Source of the DNA: an uncultured Planctomycetaceae bacterium
Lineage (GTDB): Bacteria; Planctomycetota; Planctomycetia; Pirellulales; Thermoguttaceae
Length of the DNA: 58,812 nucleotides
Reading direction: 5' to 3'
Assembly (NCBI GenBank): GCA_964652875.1
Contig: CAZZEF010000002.1
Span: 1-58,812 of the forward strand
Below, piece after piece: positions 1-7,544 of the stretch. The notes below the pieces were generated by a model. That model saw only the letters and a list, made by a program, of their open reading frames with translations, was not told the DNA's origin and made no database searches. Position numbers and translations under genes: made by a program. The first letter of the stretch is position 1. The number at the start of each line of letters is the position of its first letter.

Positions 1-60
1 TAAATTGACAAACGGAAGGTCTTGTATTGCTTCTTTTTTTATATCAATCCATTCATCCAT
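1..60 (-). CDS. DUF551-like phage protein, N-terminal 20 codons only (gene runs off the left edge)
   Basis: Minus-strand ATG at 60 reads MDEWIDIKKEAIQDLPFVNL. The first residues and the nucleotides around the ATG match the internal MDEWIDV start at 2860. A GA-rich SD inside repeat P1 precedes it. Confidence 0.4.
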   Translation of the reverse strand, partial: MDEWIDIKKEAIQDLPFVNL

Positions 61-65
61 TCTTA

Positions 66-115
66 TTCTTCCTTCTTTTCTCCGTGTCTTTGTGCCTTTG
101 TGTGAGATAATATAT
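66..115 (-). repeat. Phage leader repeat P1 (proximal arm only), immediately upstream of the ATG at 60
   Basis: Minus-strand reading is ATATATTATCTCACACAAAGGCACAAAGACACGGAGAAAAGAAGGAAGAATAAGAATG. It shares the CTCACACAAAGGCACAAAGACACG-GA-rich core with P2-P4. Confidence 0.8.
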
Positions 116-140
116 CCCTTCCGAATCCGGAAGAAAAATA

Positions 141-287
141 TTATTCGATCTTTTCCGCGGGGGAGTTGTTCTCTTCCGCTTTGCGCGCCTTGATCGCCGC
201 GACCAACTTGTTATGCAGTTCGATGATCTCGTCGCCGTATTCGGCCCACAATTCAATAAAGGTTACCAGCGCCTTAAATATCTTCAT
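141..287 (-). CDS. Small phage protein, unknown function
   Basis: Internal ATG at 287 (MKIFKALVTFIELWAEYGDEIIELHNKL...) sits in a TAATATG junction with the stop of the 289..588 ORF. The longer 141..362 reading overlaps that ORF. Confidence 0.4.
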   Translation of the reverse strand: MKIFKALVTFIELWAEYGDEIIELHNKLVAAIKARKAEENNSPAEKIE

Positions 288-288
288 A

Positions 289-588
289 TTATTTGTTCCT
301 ATCTTCTGTTTGGTTGCGTACAAGGTCCGCAATTGTTTTCTGATCTTCTTCCCGCTGATCAATCAGCCGACTGATCTCTTTTATTAACTCTTCAATACGT
401 TTATTTTTTTCTTCTATAACCGACTGCGTTTTGGGCAGAACCGTTCTCATGTATGTCCAAATAATAAAAAACAGCAAGGCGCCGAAGGTGATCTTTTCGT
501 AAGGGAATTTTAAAAAATCAAGGTCCGGCGTCGACGCAAAAAGTGTTATTGTCGCCGACAGTATAAAAGCGTTTATCGAATTAATCAC
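289..588 (-). CDS. Membrane protein with C-terminal coiled coil (holin/spanin-like position)
   Basis: 99-aa ORF with two hydrophobic segments followed by a charged helical tail (EEKNKRIEELIKEISRLIDQREEDQ). It lies downstream of the peptidase and membrane-protein genes. Confidence 0.5.
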   Translation of the reverse strand: MINSINAFILSATITLFASTPDLDFLKFPYEKITFGALLFFIIWTYMRTVLPKTQSVIEEKNKRIEELIKEISRLIDQREEDQKTIADLVRNQTEDRNK

Positions 589-997
589 TTTTTCCCCTTT
601 TTATTCTGTTTCCGATTTTTTCAGCGAGAACGCCCGCGTAACAGATCCCCGCGAAAATCGAAGCGGCGGTCAATACGATCTTAATCGCGAGCTGTTTTAA
701 ATACGTTATTAACTCATTTTTCGCCTCGCTCATTACCGATCCCGCTTTGTCAACAAGGTCATTTCCCGCCTTTTCAATCGCGCCCGTTATCGCGTCAGAA
801 ATGATCGTTTTCGCTTCCGCGGATACCTTCGCGGCTTCCTGTTCCGCTTCCTGTTCCGGCCCCGCCTGCTGAACGCAGGATCCGTCCTGACAGTAATAAT
901 AATACTGACCGTTCGCGAGACGATACCCCGACGTTAAAAAGAGGAGAATCACCAGTATCGTCGCTATCACCGACTTTTTTTTCATTTTGTTATCCAT
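581..997 (-). CDS. Two-TM membrane protein, unknown function
   Basis: 138-aa ORF with an N-terminal TM (VIATILVILLFLTS), an acidic EQEAEQEAA linker and a C-terminal TM. Its start lies 2 nt downstream of the stop of the preceding gene (999..1946). Confidence 0.55.
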   Translation of the reverse strand: MDNKMKKKSVIATILVILLFLTSGYRLANGQYYYYCQDGSCVQQAGPEQEAEQEAAKVSAEAKTIISDAITGAIEKAGNDLVDKAGSVMSEAKNELITYLKQLAIKIVLTAASIFAGICYAGVLAEKIGNRIKRGKSD

Positions 998-998
998 T

Positions 999-1946
999 TT
1001 ATACCCTCGTTATCTCTCCAAGATTTCCGTACCAGTCCCCGTACATGTTGTTATATTGGCCAATCCGGTCAAATAGACTCTCATTGAGCCAACATCCATA
1101 TTGCGCGCCTTTATGCAGTGTGTCCCCCTCGTAAATCGCCCCGTGAGAATTTTCAAGGTAAACATAACGCTCCCCTGACCGGCCCTTCCATGCGGCAATT
1201 AAGGCCATTGAGTGCCCACCTCCTGACCAGCCTTTTGCTAGCGCAAGCCCATCATTATTTTGTCTCGCTGAAGTAGGGTATTCCCCCGCCCCAATATTGA
1301 TTCCAATTCCCGCGGAACAGACACGATAAACCGTATCAAACGTAATTTCCGGCAAGCGAAAAACAATCGATTGAGTTTCCAGCGCGTGTTGTGTCTGTTC
1401 CGAACCGTCCTGGTATTTGCGGACATAAGAGCCCCCGTTATACTTGCCAAAATCATCGACCCAAAAGTTACCATATTCGGCGGCATAACTTGCCATTGGA
1501 TTGAGATTAAGACCGTCGCCAAAACGGGGTGTCCCGTCCCCTCTGGCAATAGCGTAAACGACACTTTGCGCCGTATCGCGCGGTTTAATTCCGGTGCGAA
1601 TTGCGTTGGTAAGATTGGACGCCTTAAGACTGTTGCGGTGCCCGAACGAACAGCAGTCGCCTCTTGTTTGCGGATAGGCGTAACCGTCGATCCAGTCAAG
1701 TTCAAGATTTTTGTAAGCGTTCCAGGGGAGGTAATTTTCCCGACCGTCAACGTCAATTAAACGCGCCCGCCGGTCAAGATAATCCTCCAGCTCACTATTC
1801 CACGAAAGGACTTTTGCAGTATTATTGTTATCGCTCCAGATCGTTGAGAGTGATACCGCCGACCCGTAGCAGAGCGCGGCAAGCTCAAGATCGCGCGGAG
1901 TGGAAAGACGTAAACCATTACTCATCTCATACGTAACATTGGACAT
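999..1946 (-). CDS. Papain-like (C1-type fold) cysteine peptidase; candidate lysin or virion-associated peptidase
   Basis: 315-aa ORF with Cys motif RGDCCSFG, His motif GGGHSMALIAAW and Asn motif LENSHG in the papain order Cys-His-Asn. Confidence 0.65.
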   Translation of the reverse strand: MSNVTYEMSNGLRLSTPRDLELAALCYGSAVSLSTIWSDNNNTAKVLSWNSELEDYLDRRARLIDVDGRENYLPWNAYKNLELDWIDGYAYPQTRGDCCSFGHRNSLKASNLTNAIRTGIKPRDTAQSVVYAIARGDGTPRFGDGLNLNPMASYAAEYGNFWVDDFGKYNGGSYVRKYQDGSEQTQHALETQSIVFRLPEITFDTVYRVCSAGIGINIGAGEYPTSARQNNDGLALAKGWSGGGHSMALIAAWKGRSGERYVYLENSHGAIYEGDTLHKGAQYGCWLNESLFDRIGQYNNMYGDWYGNLGEITRV

Positions 1947-2343
1947 GATATACCTCGCTTTTTATATGGTTAATCTTTGTTTGATCGGAGACGATTAAAA
2001 TTGTTATAACAATATCAATTCTCTCCGGAAGATCTTTAAAACTGACATCGTTAAACTCTTTGATAATTTCTTCCCGGCATCCGATCGGGAGTTCCGAGTA
2101 AAGAGCGGATCGGGCAGCCGAGACAGTTTTTATTTTTCCGGTCACAATTTCAGATTTTACAAATTCCAGCGCGTCCAAGACCGCTTCTTTTTGTTCCGCC
2201 GTCAATCGTATTGTCTTTTTTTCCGGCGTTACGAACGCCATTGTAAAAATCCAGATCGAGCAAAACGACAGAAGGATAAAAATAAAGATCGCCTTCTCTG
2301 TCGATATAAAACTTAATAAGTTATCAATATTCATAATTTTCAT
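1927..2343 (-). CDS. N-terminally membrane-anchored phage protein, unknown function
   Basis: Start chosen at MKIMNIDNLL (ATG 2343), preceded by GGAGAAAAGAAGGAAG of repeat P2. The ORF-track start at 2403 lies inside the repeat hairpin. Confidence 0.55.
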   Translation of the reverse strand: MKIMNIDNLLSFISTEKAIFIFILLSFCSIWIFTMAFVTPEKKTIRLTAEQKEAVLDALEFVKSEIVTGKIKTVSAARSALYSELPIGCREEIIKEFNDVSFKDLPERIDIVITILIVSDQTKINHIKSEVYHVQCYV

Positions 2344-2348
2344 TTTTG

Positions 2349-2427
2349 TTCTTCCTTCTTTTCTCCGCGCCTTTGCGCCTCTGTGTGAGATAAATATTTT
2401 CACACAAAGGCACGGAGGCGCAAAGGG
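2349..2427 (-). repeat. Phage leader repeat P2 (full hairpin form)
   Basis: Minus-strand reading is CCCTTTGCGCCTCCGTGCCTTTGTGTGA-AAATATTTAT-CTCACACAGAGGCGCAAAGGCGCGGAGAAAAGAAGGAAGAAC, followed by AAAAATG. I counted 20 of 28 arm positions as pairable. Confidence 0.85.
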
Positions 2428-2490
2428 AATATTTTAAAATGGTGTTTTCACCAACTGTTTGTCAACATTGAATTAAAACCCTTTTTATTA

Positions 2491-2570
2491 TTCTTCCTTC
2501 TTTTCTTCGTGTCTTTGTGCCTTTGCGTGAGATAAATATTTTCACACAAAGGCACGGAGGCGCAAAGGGG
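2491..2570 (-). repeat. Phage leader repeat P3 (full hairpin form, no ORF behind it)
   Basis: Near-identical to P2 and 63 nt upstream of it in the minus-strand sense. Only a 6-codon ORF follows. Confidence 0.85.
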
Positions 2571-2575
2571 ATATT

Positions 2576-3115
2576 TTAAAATTCATTTGTTATTTTCGGC
2601 GGACCGGGCAGCGGCATCCAATGCGTTACACTTTCCGGGTGAAAGAGAACATATTCTTGTTTCTTCTTATTTTTTTCATTTATCTTATCGATATAATCCA
2701 ATACGTTTTGATCTTCCCAGAAAAAAGGGTAATCGCCATGTTTCGTTGCGTCAGGAATCTTTACACGTTTCCAAACGCTGTATTTATTATCGATTGTCAT
2801 AACAAAAACAGGCTGGTCATAATCCGGCAACCGGCCTTTTACGTCGATCCATTCATCCATTCTTCTTCTCTCTTTCTTCTCTTCTTCGTGTCTTTGTGCC
2901 TTTGTGTGAGACAATATATCCTCCCCCGCAGGTGTGAAATTATCGCAATACCGGGCGTTGCAGTAGGTGGATCGGACCTCGTTTAATCCTTTTGGATCAT
3001 AATTCCAATGTCTCGCCGCTTCTCCTCCCGGCTGATAGCTGCAATAATAAACCTTGCACGGATAATTTTTATTTAGCCATGGTTTTTCAGTTTTATTACA
3101 GTGTATACAATCCAT
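2576..3115 (-). CDS. Cys-rich N-terminal module read in frame through repeat P4 into a DUF551-like domain; the DUF551 part probably starts independently at ATG 2860
   Basis: The C-terminal 95 aa (MDEWIDVKGRLPDYDQPVFV...SVTHWMPLPGPP) have the DUF551 pattern ending in HWMPLP.PP. The N-terminal 85 aa carry CxxC and multiple Cys. No stop codon lies between the two parts. Confidence 0.6.
   Translation of the reverse strand: MDCIHCNKTEKPWLNKNYPCKVYYCSYQPGGEAARHWNYDPKGLNEVRSTYCNARYCDNFTPAGEDILSHTKAQRHEEEKKERRRMDEWIDVKGRLPDYDQPVFVMTIDNKYSVWKRVKIPDATKHGDYPFFWEDQNVLDYIDKINEKNKKKQEYVLFHPESVTHWMPLPGPPKITNEF
2861..2919 (-). repeat. Phage leader repeat P4 (proximal arm only), inside ORF 2576..3115
   Basis: Minus-strand reading is ATATATTGTCTCACACAAAGGCACAAAGACACGAAGAAGAGAAGAAAGAGAGAAGAAGAATG. 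Confidence 0.8.
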
Positions 3116-3116
3116 T

Positions 3117-4019
3117 TTATCCCATATAAACTATTAATAATTTTATTGATCCTGTTTCATTTTCTTTGTATACATAATTACCATCATAGTGTTCGTACCT
3201 GTTATAAACTTCCGTTGCCTCTTCATTCATGAAATTCGAATAATAAGGCAAAACGCCTTCCTGAATATCGTGGTGTTCATTGTTCAATCCCCAATTATAA
3301 TAGTATTTATAATGATAAGTGGAGCTAAATGAACAGGTATACCATGTTTTTGAAACATGAAGCGTGTGTGATTCAGGTAAATAAATTTTATTTTGTTCAA
3401 GTCGTAATTCGCCCCGTATTATATTATTAAAACATTCATGATTAGACTCAATCGGGCATGAATTGTAAGGATATCCAATAATCTGTCCTTCCTTTTTTAC
3501 GTAACCGGCAGGAGCGTATAAAATGTAGTCACAGTCAGTCAAGCTGTATACACCTGTTGCCAGCCAAGTCGAAACATAAACACCGCAAACGTTCGCCTCT
3601 ATTCCTGTTAATATAGAACCACGACAAACGGGACAATGAAATAATGTTGTAAAATCATAAGGCGGTGATATTTTATCGGAATGAATAACTTCCGGTAACG
3701 TCATTTCTTTTGTTTCTTCGTGTTTAATTATTTTTAAACTTGTCTCCCAAGTATAATCTTGTCGATAGGCGTTGTAATAATTTCCCGGTCCGCATTGAGG
3801 TCCCCATTCTCCTATGCGTATTCCGTTATCAAGTGTGTTTTCATAAAAAATTGTGTTTTCTTCAGTATAAGTATTATCAACAACTGTTTCTGAAGACAAT
3901 GTATTTTTTATATTACACGGGATTTCTTCGAAAATCAAACAACAACTTTTTGCGTTTCCATTTTGACAGCAGCATCCGGGGGTCCATCTTGAGTAAGGCA
4001 TGATTAATTCTCCGGGCAT
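3117..4019 (-). CDS. Phage structural-block protein, unknown (Cys-rich N-terminus; possible fibre or receptor-binding protein)
   Basis: 300-aa ORF packed tightly against its neighbours, with a 16-nt overlap with the upstream gene. No motif recognised. Confidence 0.55.
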   Translation of the reverse strand: MPGELIMPYSRWTPGCCCQNGNAKSCCLIFEEIPCNIKNTLSSETVVDNTYTEENTIFYENTLDNGIRIGEWGPQCGPGNYYNAYRQDYTWETSLKIIKHEETKEMTLPEVIHSDKISPPYDFTTLFHCPVCRGSILTGIEANVCGVYVSTWLATGVYSLTDCDYILYAPAGYVKKEGQIIGYPYNSCPIESNHECFNNIIRGELRLEQNKIYLPESHTLHVSKTWYTCSFSSTYHYKYYYNWGLNNEHHDIQEGVLPYYSNFMNEEATEVYNRYEHYDGNYVYKENETGSIKLLIVYMG

Positions 4020-4348
4020 TGCGCCGCGATAATATTCCAGTTCCCGGACCGGTCCTGATCGATAATGCAGACCGTCCCCGCCTCAATCGTCTCGCCCGAA
4101 CGCAACAGCGGCGCAAAACATTTGTATTGCTTTGTCATGTTATTCTTCATCGTAACCGTTACGTACTTTTCTTCAGAAGAACTTCTTATCTCACTATTCA
4201 GAGTGCCAACACAATGATTTGTATTTTTCGAAAATACTCTTGGTCTTCGAACCCGATGGTGTTTTACACTGCAATATATTACAACTTTTGTACCATAACT
4301 AACAATAGACTGGCATGTCTTTTTTCCGTAATGAGAAATGAACATCAA
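4004..4348 (-). CDS. Phage protein, unknown
   Basis: 114-aa ORF with a 4-nt overlap with the stop of 4345..5328. Confidence 0.5.
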   Translation of the reverse strand: MMFISHYGKKTCQSIVSYGTKVVIYCSVKHHRVRRPRVFSKNTNHCVGTLNSEIRSSSEEKYVTVTMKNNMTKQYKCFAPLLRSGETIEAGTVCIIDQDRSGNWNIIAAQCPEN

Positions 4349-5328
4349 TTTACCTTTGGTAATTTTAAAAATTCATAATTAATTGGTTGAAATAGTGAAC
4401 CAATAAGGTAAACGGGAGCTTGTTGACCGTTCACAAACGGACTTATACATGTTCCACTTTTGGCTAAATAGACAGGTTCTCCTACTTCTTCACCATCAGT
4501 CGCTTCACTCAATATATACTCCGCTAAAGTGCCATAACAGCTTCCTTGCCCCCAAGTCCAAAGACGCGCTAAACCATTTTGAGTCATTATATGATCTCCT
4601 AAATTTGGAAATGGCTTATTAAAGCTTTGTGGATCCGCTAGTAATTCCAAGGAGACATTGTAATACTCATATTTAATAGAACCATCTCTATGATAAAGAT
4701 ATTTTTTTCTTATCTCAATTTTATTAATAAGAAGTGTTCTCTCAGGAAAATTTAATCCTGCAACAACGGCGGGATACGCATTGGTTTTAAAAACATATAG
4801 CCACACCGAATCCGGATTTACATATTGAAGATTATAAGAAAATGAAATATGAGCCAATCCGCGTGAAACAGTCCCATCAAAAAGTACACCCGCAGAATTT
4901 GCAAGAGGGACAGATACTATACTTTCAGAAGGCCATACATTATATGTTGTTGATTTTTCCGATTCCGTAACTATTTGAAAATTTTGAATACGCCATAGCC
5001 AAGGTGGCGTCATTTCAGTTAATATATTGTTATTTTGATCTTTTTCTACATCGCATTCATATAAGGTTGAACATTTATATTTAACTGAAATATCCACTTT
5101 ATGATCTGAACGCGGTTCAGAAATTCTGTTAAGTTCACATGTCTTAATACGAAATGCGGGAAAATACTGCACTAACATTCCACTTGATGGAAGATAGCCG
5201 ACAAAAGTTGTCAAATCGTCAATATTCATCAATCTATAATATTCTTCGAATGTACACGTACGAATATTATCGTCATCAACACCGCCACCAAGAATTCGAC
5301 GACCAAGGTATTCATATTGAAGAGACAT
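4345..5328 (-). CDS. Phage structural-block protein, unknown
   Basis: 327-aa ORF in the tail-side gene block. No motif recognised. Confidence 0.55.
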   Translation of the reverse strand: MSLQYEYLGRRILGGGVDDDNIRTCTFEEYYRLMNIDDLTTFVGYLPSSGMLVQYFPAFRIKTCELNRISEPRSDHKVDISVKYKCSTLYECDVEKDQNNNILTEMTPPWLWRIQNFQIVTESEKSTTYNVWPSESIVSVPLANSAGVLFDGTVSRGLAHISFSYNLQYVNPDSVWLYVFKTNAYPAVVAGLNFPERTLLINKIEIRKKYLYHRDGSIKYEYYNVSLELLADPQSFNKPFPNLGDHIMTQNGLARLWTWGQGSCYGTLAEYILSEATDGEEVGEPVYLAKSGTCISPFVNGQQAPVYLIGSLFQPINYEFLKLPKVN

Positions 5329-5358
5329 TAAAACCTCACTTGATTATGATGTATTTTT

Positions 5359-6063
5359 TCAGGAATTTTTACTGTAAATAGTTTTTAAAGTCTTAAAAAA
5401 CAAGTCCGTTGTTTTATTTATTTCTTCAACATTATCATGAAAATTCTTCTTTTCTTTTTTAAATTTTTGATTGCCGTAAATAATTTGTTTTTCCAAATTT
5501 TCTACATCATATCCCAATGCGCCTGTTATCAATAAAATAAGCCAAGTCATTGACGATAATAAATGATCTCTTTTATCGGGTTTAAACAATCCTTGAAAAT
5601 TTAAAGATCGAAAAGCTTGTTCGCGAATTAATACTTTACGATTGATTTTTATTTTTTCGGGATCTAATGCAAATCTTTGACAGTAACAATATTTTAGAAA
5701 CATATATTTGTTTTGTATAAAATTTTTAATTTCATTTTCAAAACAAATATTTTCCGCTTCTCGTCTTTGACGTGTTGCACATAGAATTTCACGAATTATA
5801 AATTCAGCCAAAAGACAGTTATTGGAAATGTACTCTTGAGCTCTGACCTTTCCTATTGGTTGTACTGTTTTTGAATCAAGAAAACAATTTGCAAGAATAG
5901 TCACACACAATGATTTATCCACTATTTTGTTAATAATAGATGACTGTGTATGGTCGTCGATTGTCTTTATTTTGAATATTTTTTTATCTGCCGATATATT
6001 TATGATTTCTTCGCAAGGATCTTCGGACAAATATTTGTTGTAAATAAATACGTTTTTAATCAT
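5359..6063 (-). CDS. AT-rich unknown protein (moron-like insert in the tail block)
   Basis: 234-aa ORF. I counted 23% GC in 5401-5460. Intergenic gaps flank it on both sides, unlike the overlapping neighbours. Confidence 0.5.
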   Translation of the reverse strand: MIKNVFIYNKYLSEDPCEEIINISADKKIFKIKTIDDHTQSSIINKIVDKSLCVTILANCFLDSKTVQPIGKVRAQEYISNNCLLAEFIIREILCATRQRREAENICFENEIKNFIQNKYMFLKYCYCQRFALDPEKIKINRKVLIREQAFRSLNFQGLFKPDKRDHLLSSMTWLILLITGALGYDVENLEKQIIYGNQKFKKEKKNFHDNVEEINKTTDLFFKTLKTIYSKNS

Positions 6064-6185
6064 CTTATTGATTTTATTTTAATGTTTTTAAAAACAGAAC
6101 AATCATTTTTTCAGGATTTATTTTTTACATTTACATAGCTATATTTCATCTTAAAATGGCTGTAAAACATAATACCGATAAAATT

Positions 6186-6617
6186 TTACGAAACTGACGG
6201 CAAATCACCGGCCTCGCCCCCTTCCGGCTGAAGTTTTATTATTGAAGTACTGTTACCGCTTGAGTTTTTTACTGTTTCGATTCCACAAATCGAACATTTA
6301 GGAATTGTTAAACTGGAAGATGTCCCATTAGGTGGAGTATAAACAAAAGTTGCGCTCGAAACTGTCCCTGCTGTATACGCACTTATTAAAGTTGTATAAA
6401 CAAGCGTTAAATCGGTTTCGATTGTCAACTGAATTGGCATAAATCCTATCGGTTTTCCTACAATTGTTCTTCCAGTTAATTCATTAGTATTGTCCGTCAT
6501 AATCGTCCAGGAATTTGCGTCTTTTAGAGACGGTAATTCCTTTGCAGTACAATCAAAAGTAATTCCGTTCCAAGTCACACGAACAAGATTCAGATTTCTT
6601 ATTTTATTGTTAGACAT
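6186..6617 (-). CDS. Putative major tail/tube protein (by position)
   Basis: 143-aa ORF directly downstream of the terminator-like gene, rich in T/S/beta-type residues. The functional call rests on position only. Confidence 0.4.
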   Translation of the reverse strand: MSNNKIRNLNLVRVTWNGITFDCTAKELPSLKDANSWTIMTDNTNELTGRTIVGKPIGFMPIQLTIETDLTLVYTTLISAYTAGTVSSATFVYTPPNGTSSSLTIPKCSICGIETVKNSSGNSTSIIKLQPEGGEAGDLPSVS

Positions 6618-6638
6618 TTTTGCTCCTTTTTATTATGC

Positions 6639-7076
6639 CTATTCAAAACAATCGGCGGTAATAACGACTTCAATACCGCATACATTATCGGAAAATGAAA
6701 TTGGGTGTTGTTCGGTTCCGCGAATAAATACTTGTTTGTTATCAACAATAAAACCAGCCCGATCCGAATCTCCCAATGACCAAAGCGAAGCGATTCTATC
6801 AGCCGCTTCAGAAAGATGTGAATACCCAGTATTTTTTGAAACATTGACTCTGAATACAATATTAAAATGAAGTATGCTTTCGGTTTCAGTATTAATACTT
6901 TCACCTTTGGGGATAAGTGAAAGATCTATCCATAAAGACTTGCCACTTCTCACAAATACTTCGTTCGGCAGATTAATGTTTTCTTCTCTAAATTCCGGAA
7001 ATTGATTCGTTAACGTAAGCAATTTTGATTTGCATAAAGTCAATATAGAAAGCATGTTCATCGTGTCTTGATCCAA
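6639..7076 (-). CDS. Tail-terminator / tail-completion-like protein (DUF4128-like pattern)
   Basis: 145-aa ORF. The layout ENINLP....WIDLSLIP....FNIVFRVNV....AADRIASLW....GIEVVI resembles DUF4128 tail terminators as I recall them. Confidence 0.45.
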   Translation of the reverse strand: MDQDTMNMLSILTLCKSKLLTLTNQFPEFREENINLPNEVFVRSGKSLWIDLSLIPKGESINTETESILHFNIVFRVNVSKNTGYSHLSEAADRIASLWSLGDSDRAGFIVDNKQVFIRGTEQHPISFSDNVCGIEVVITADCFE

Positions 7077-7178
7077 TTTCTAAATCATTTCTATTGAAGA
7101 TCTCGTTGTTATTTTTACGAAGAAGAATATCAAATAATAATCCCAATTCAAGTTTTAAAATATTTTTACAAAAATTAT

Positions 7179-7285
7179 TTATACTGCTTTTATTTTAAAT
7201 TTTCCATTATTTCCGTCGATTGACTGCGTAAATCGGCGGTTCTTTAGACGTTATTACAGAAAATTCATGATGGAAACGATATACA
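7179..7285 (+). repeat. PAL element copy A (left arm), with a degenerate inverted right arm around 7474-7531
   Basis: Sequence is TTTATACTGCTTTTATTTTAAATTTTCCATTATTTCCGTCGATTGACTGCGTAAATCGGCGGTTCTTTAGACGTTATTACAGAAAATTCATGATGG. The hairpin is CCGTCGATT / AATCGGCGG with loop GACTGCGTA. Confidence 0.85.
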
Positions 7286-7544
7286 ACAGTCACACCAATG
7301 AATTTTAAATAATTATTTTCATAAAAACTTGTTTTCATACTACAAGTGGTTAAATTACACCTTTGTAAATAATTATCGCGGACTTTTTGTTCCGAATTTG
7401 AGCTGTACGCAACATCATAATTATATAGAGAATACATGCGGCAAATTCGAAAACGGCAACAGACTCTGTTGTTTGACGGATTCAACACTGAATCAAAAGC
7501 CGGAATAAAAAGTCCTGACCATTTTTATATAAGGAGAAACATTT

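Noticed and set aside
1238-1760. 172-aa and 129-aa ORFs overlapping the peptidase gene
   Set aside because: They lie within or opposite the 999..1946 ORF, which has the catalytic motifs. Their Arg/Thr/Pro-rich composition is typical of off-frame translation of GC-richer DNA.
66-2919. P-element copies as a CRISPR-like or T7-type promoter array
   Set aside because: Spacing is irregular (about 2280, 65 and 290 nt), and each copy is tied to an SD/ATG, so it is not CRISPR. The CTCACACAAAGG core only loosely resembles CTCACTATAGG of T7-type promoters, and no single-subunit RNA polymerase gene is visible. I keep this as speculation only.
7207-7488. ORFs 7207..7488(-) and 48895..49152(-), both ending in ...AVNRRK, as a small-protein family
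   Set aside because: The shared C-terminus is simply the PAL hairpin translated. Other copies carry the same nucleotides in different frames or with stops, and the second ORF overlaps the 3' end of 49020..50021.
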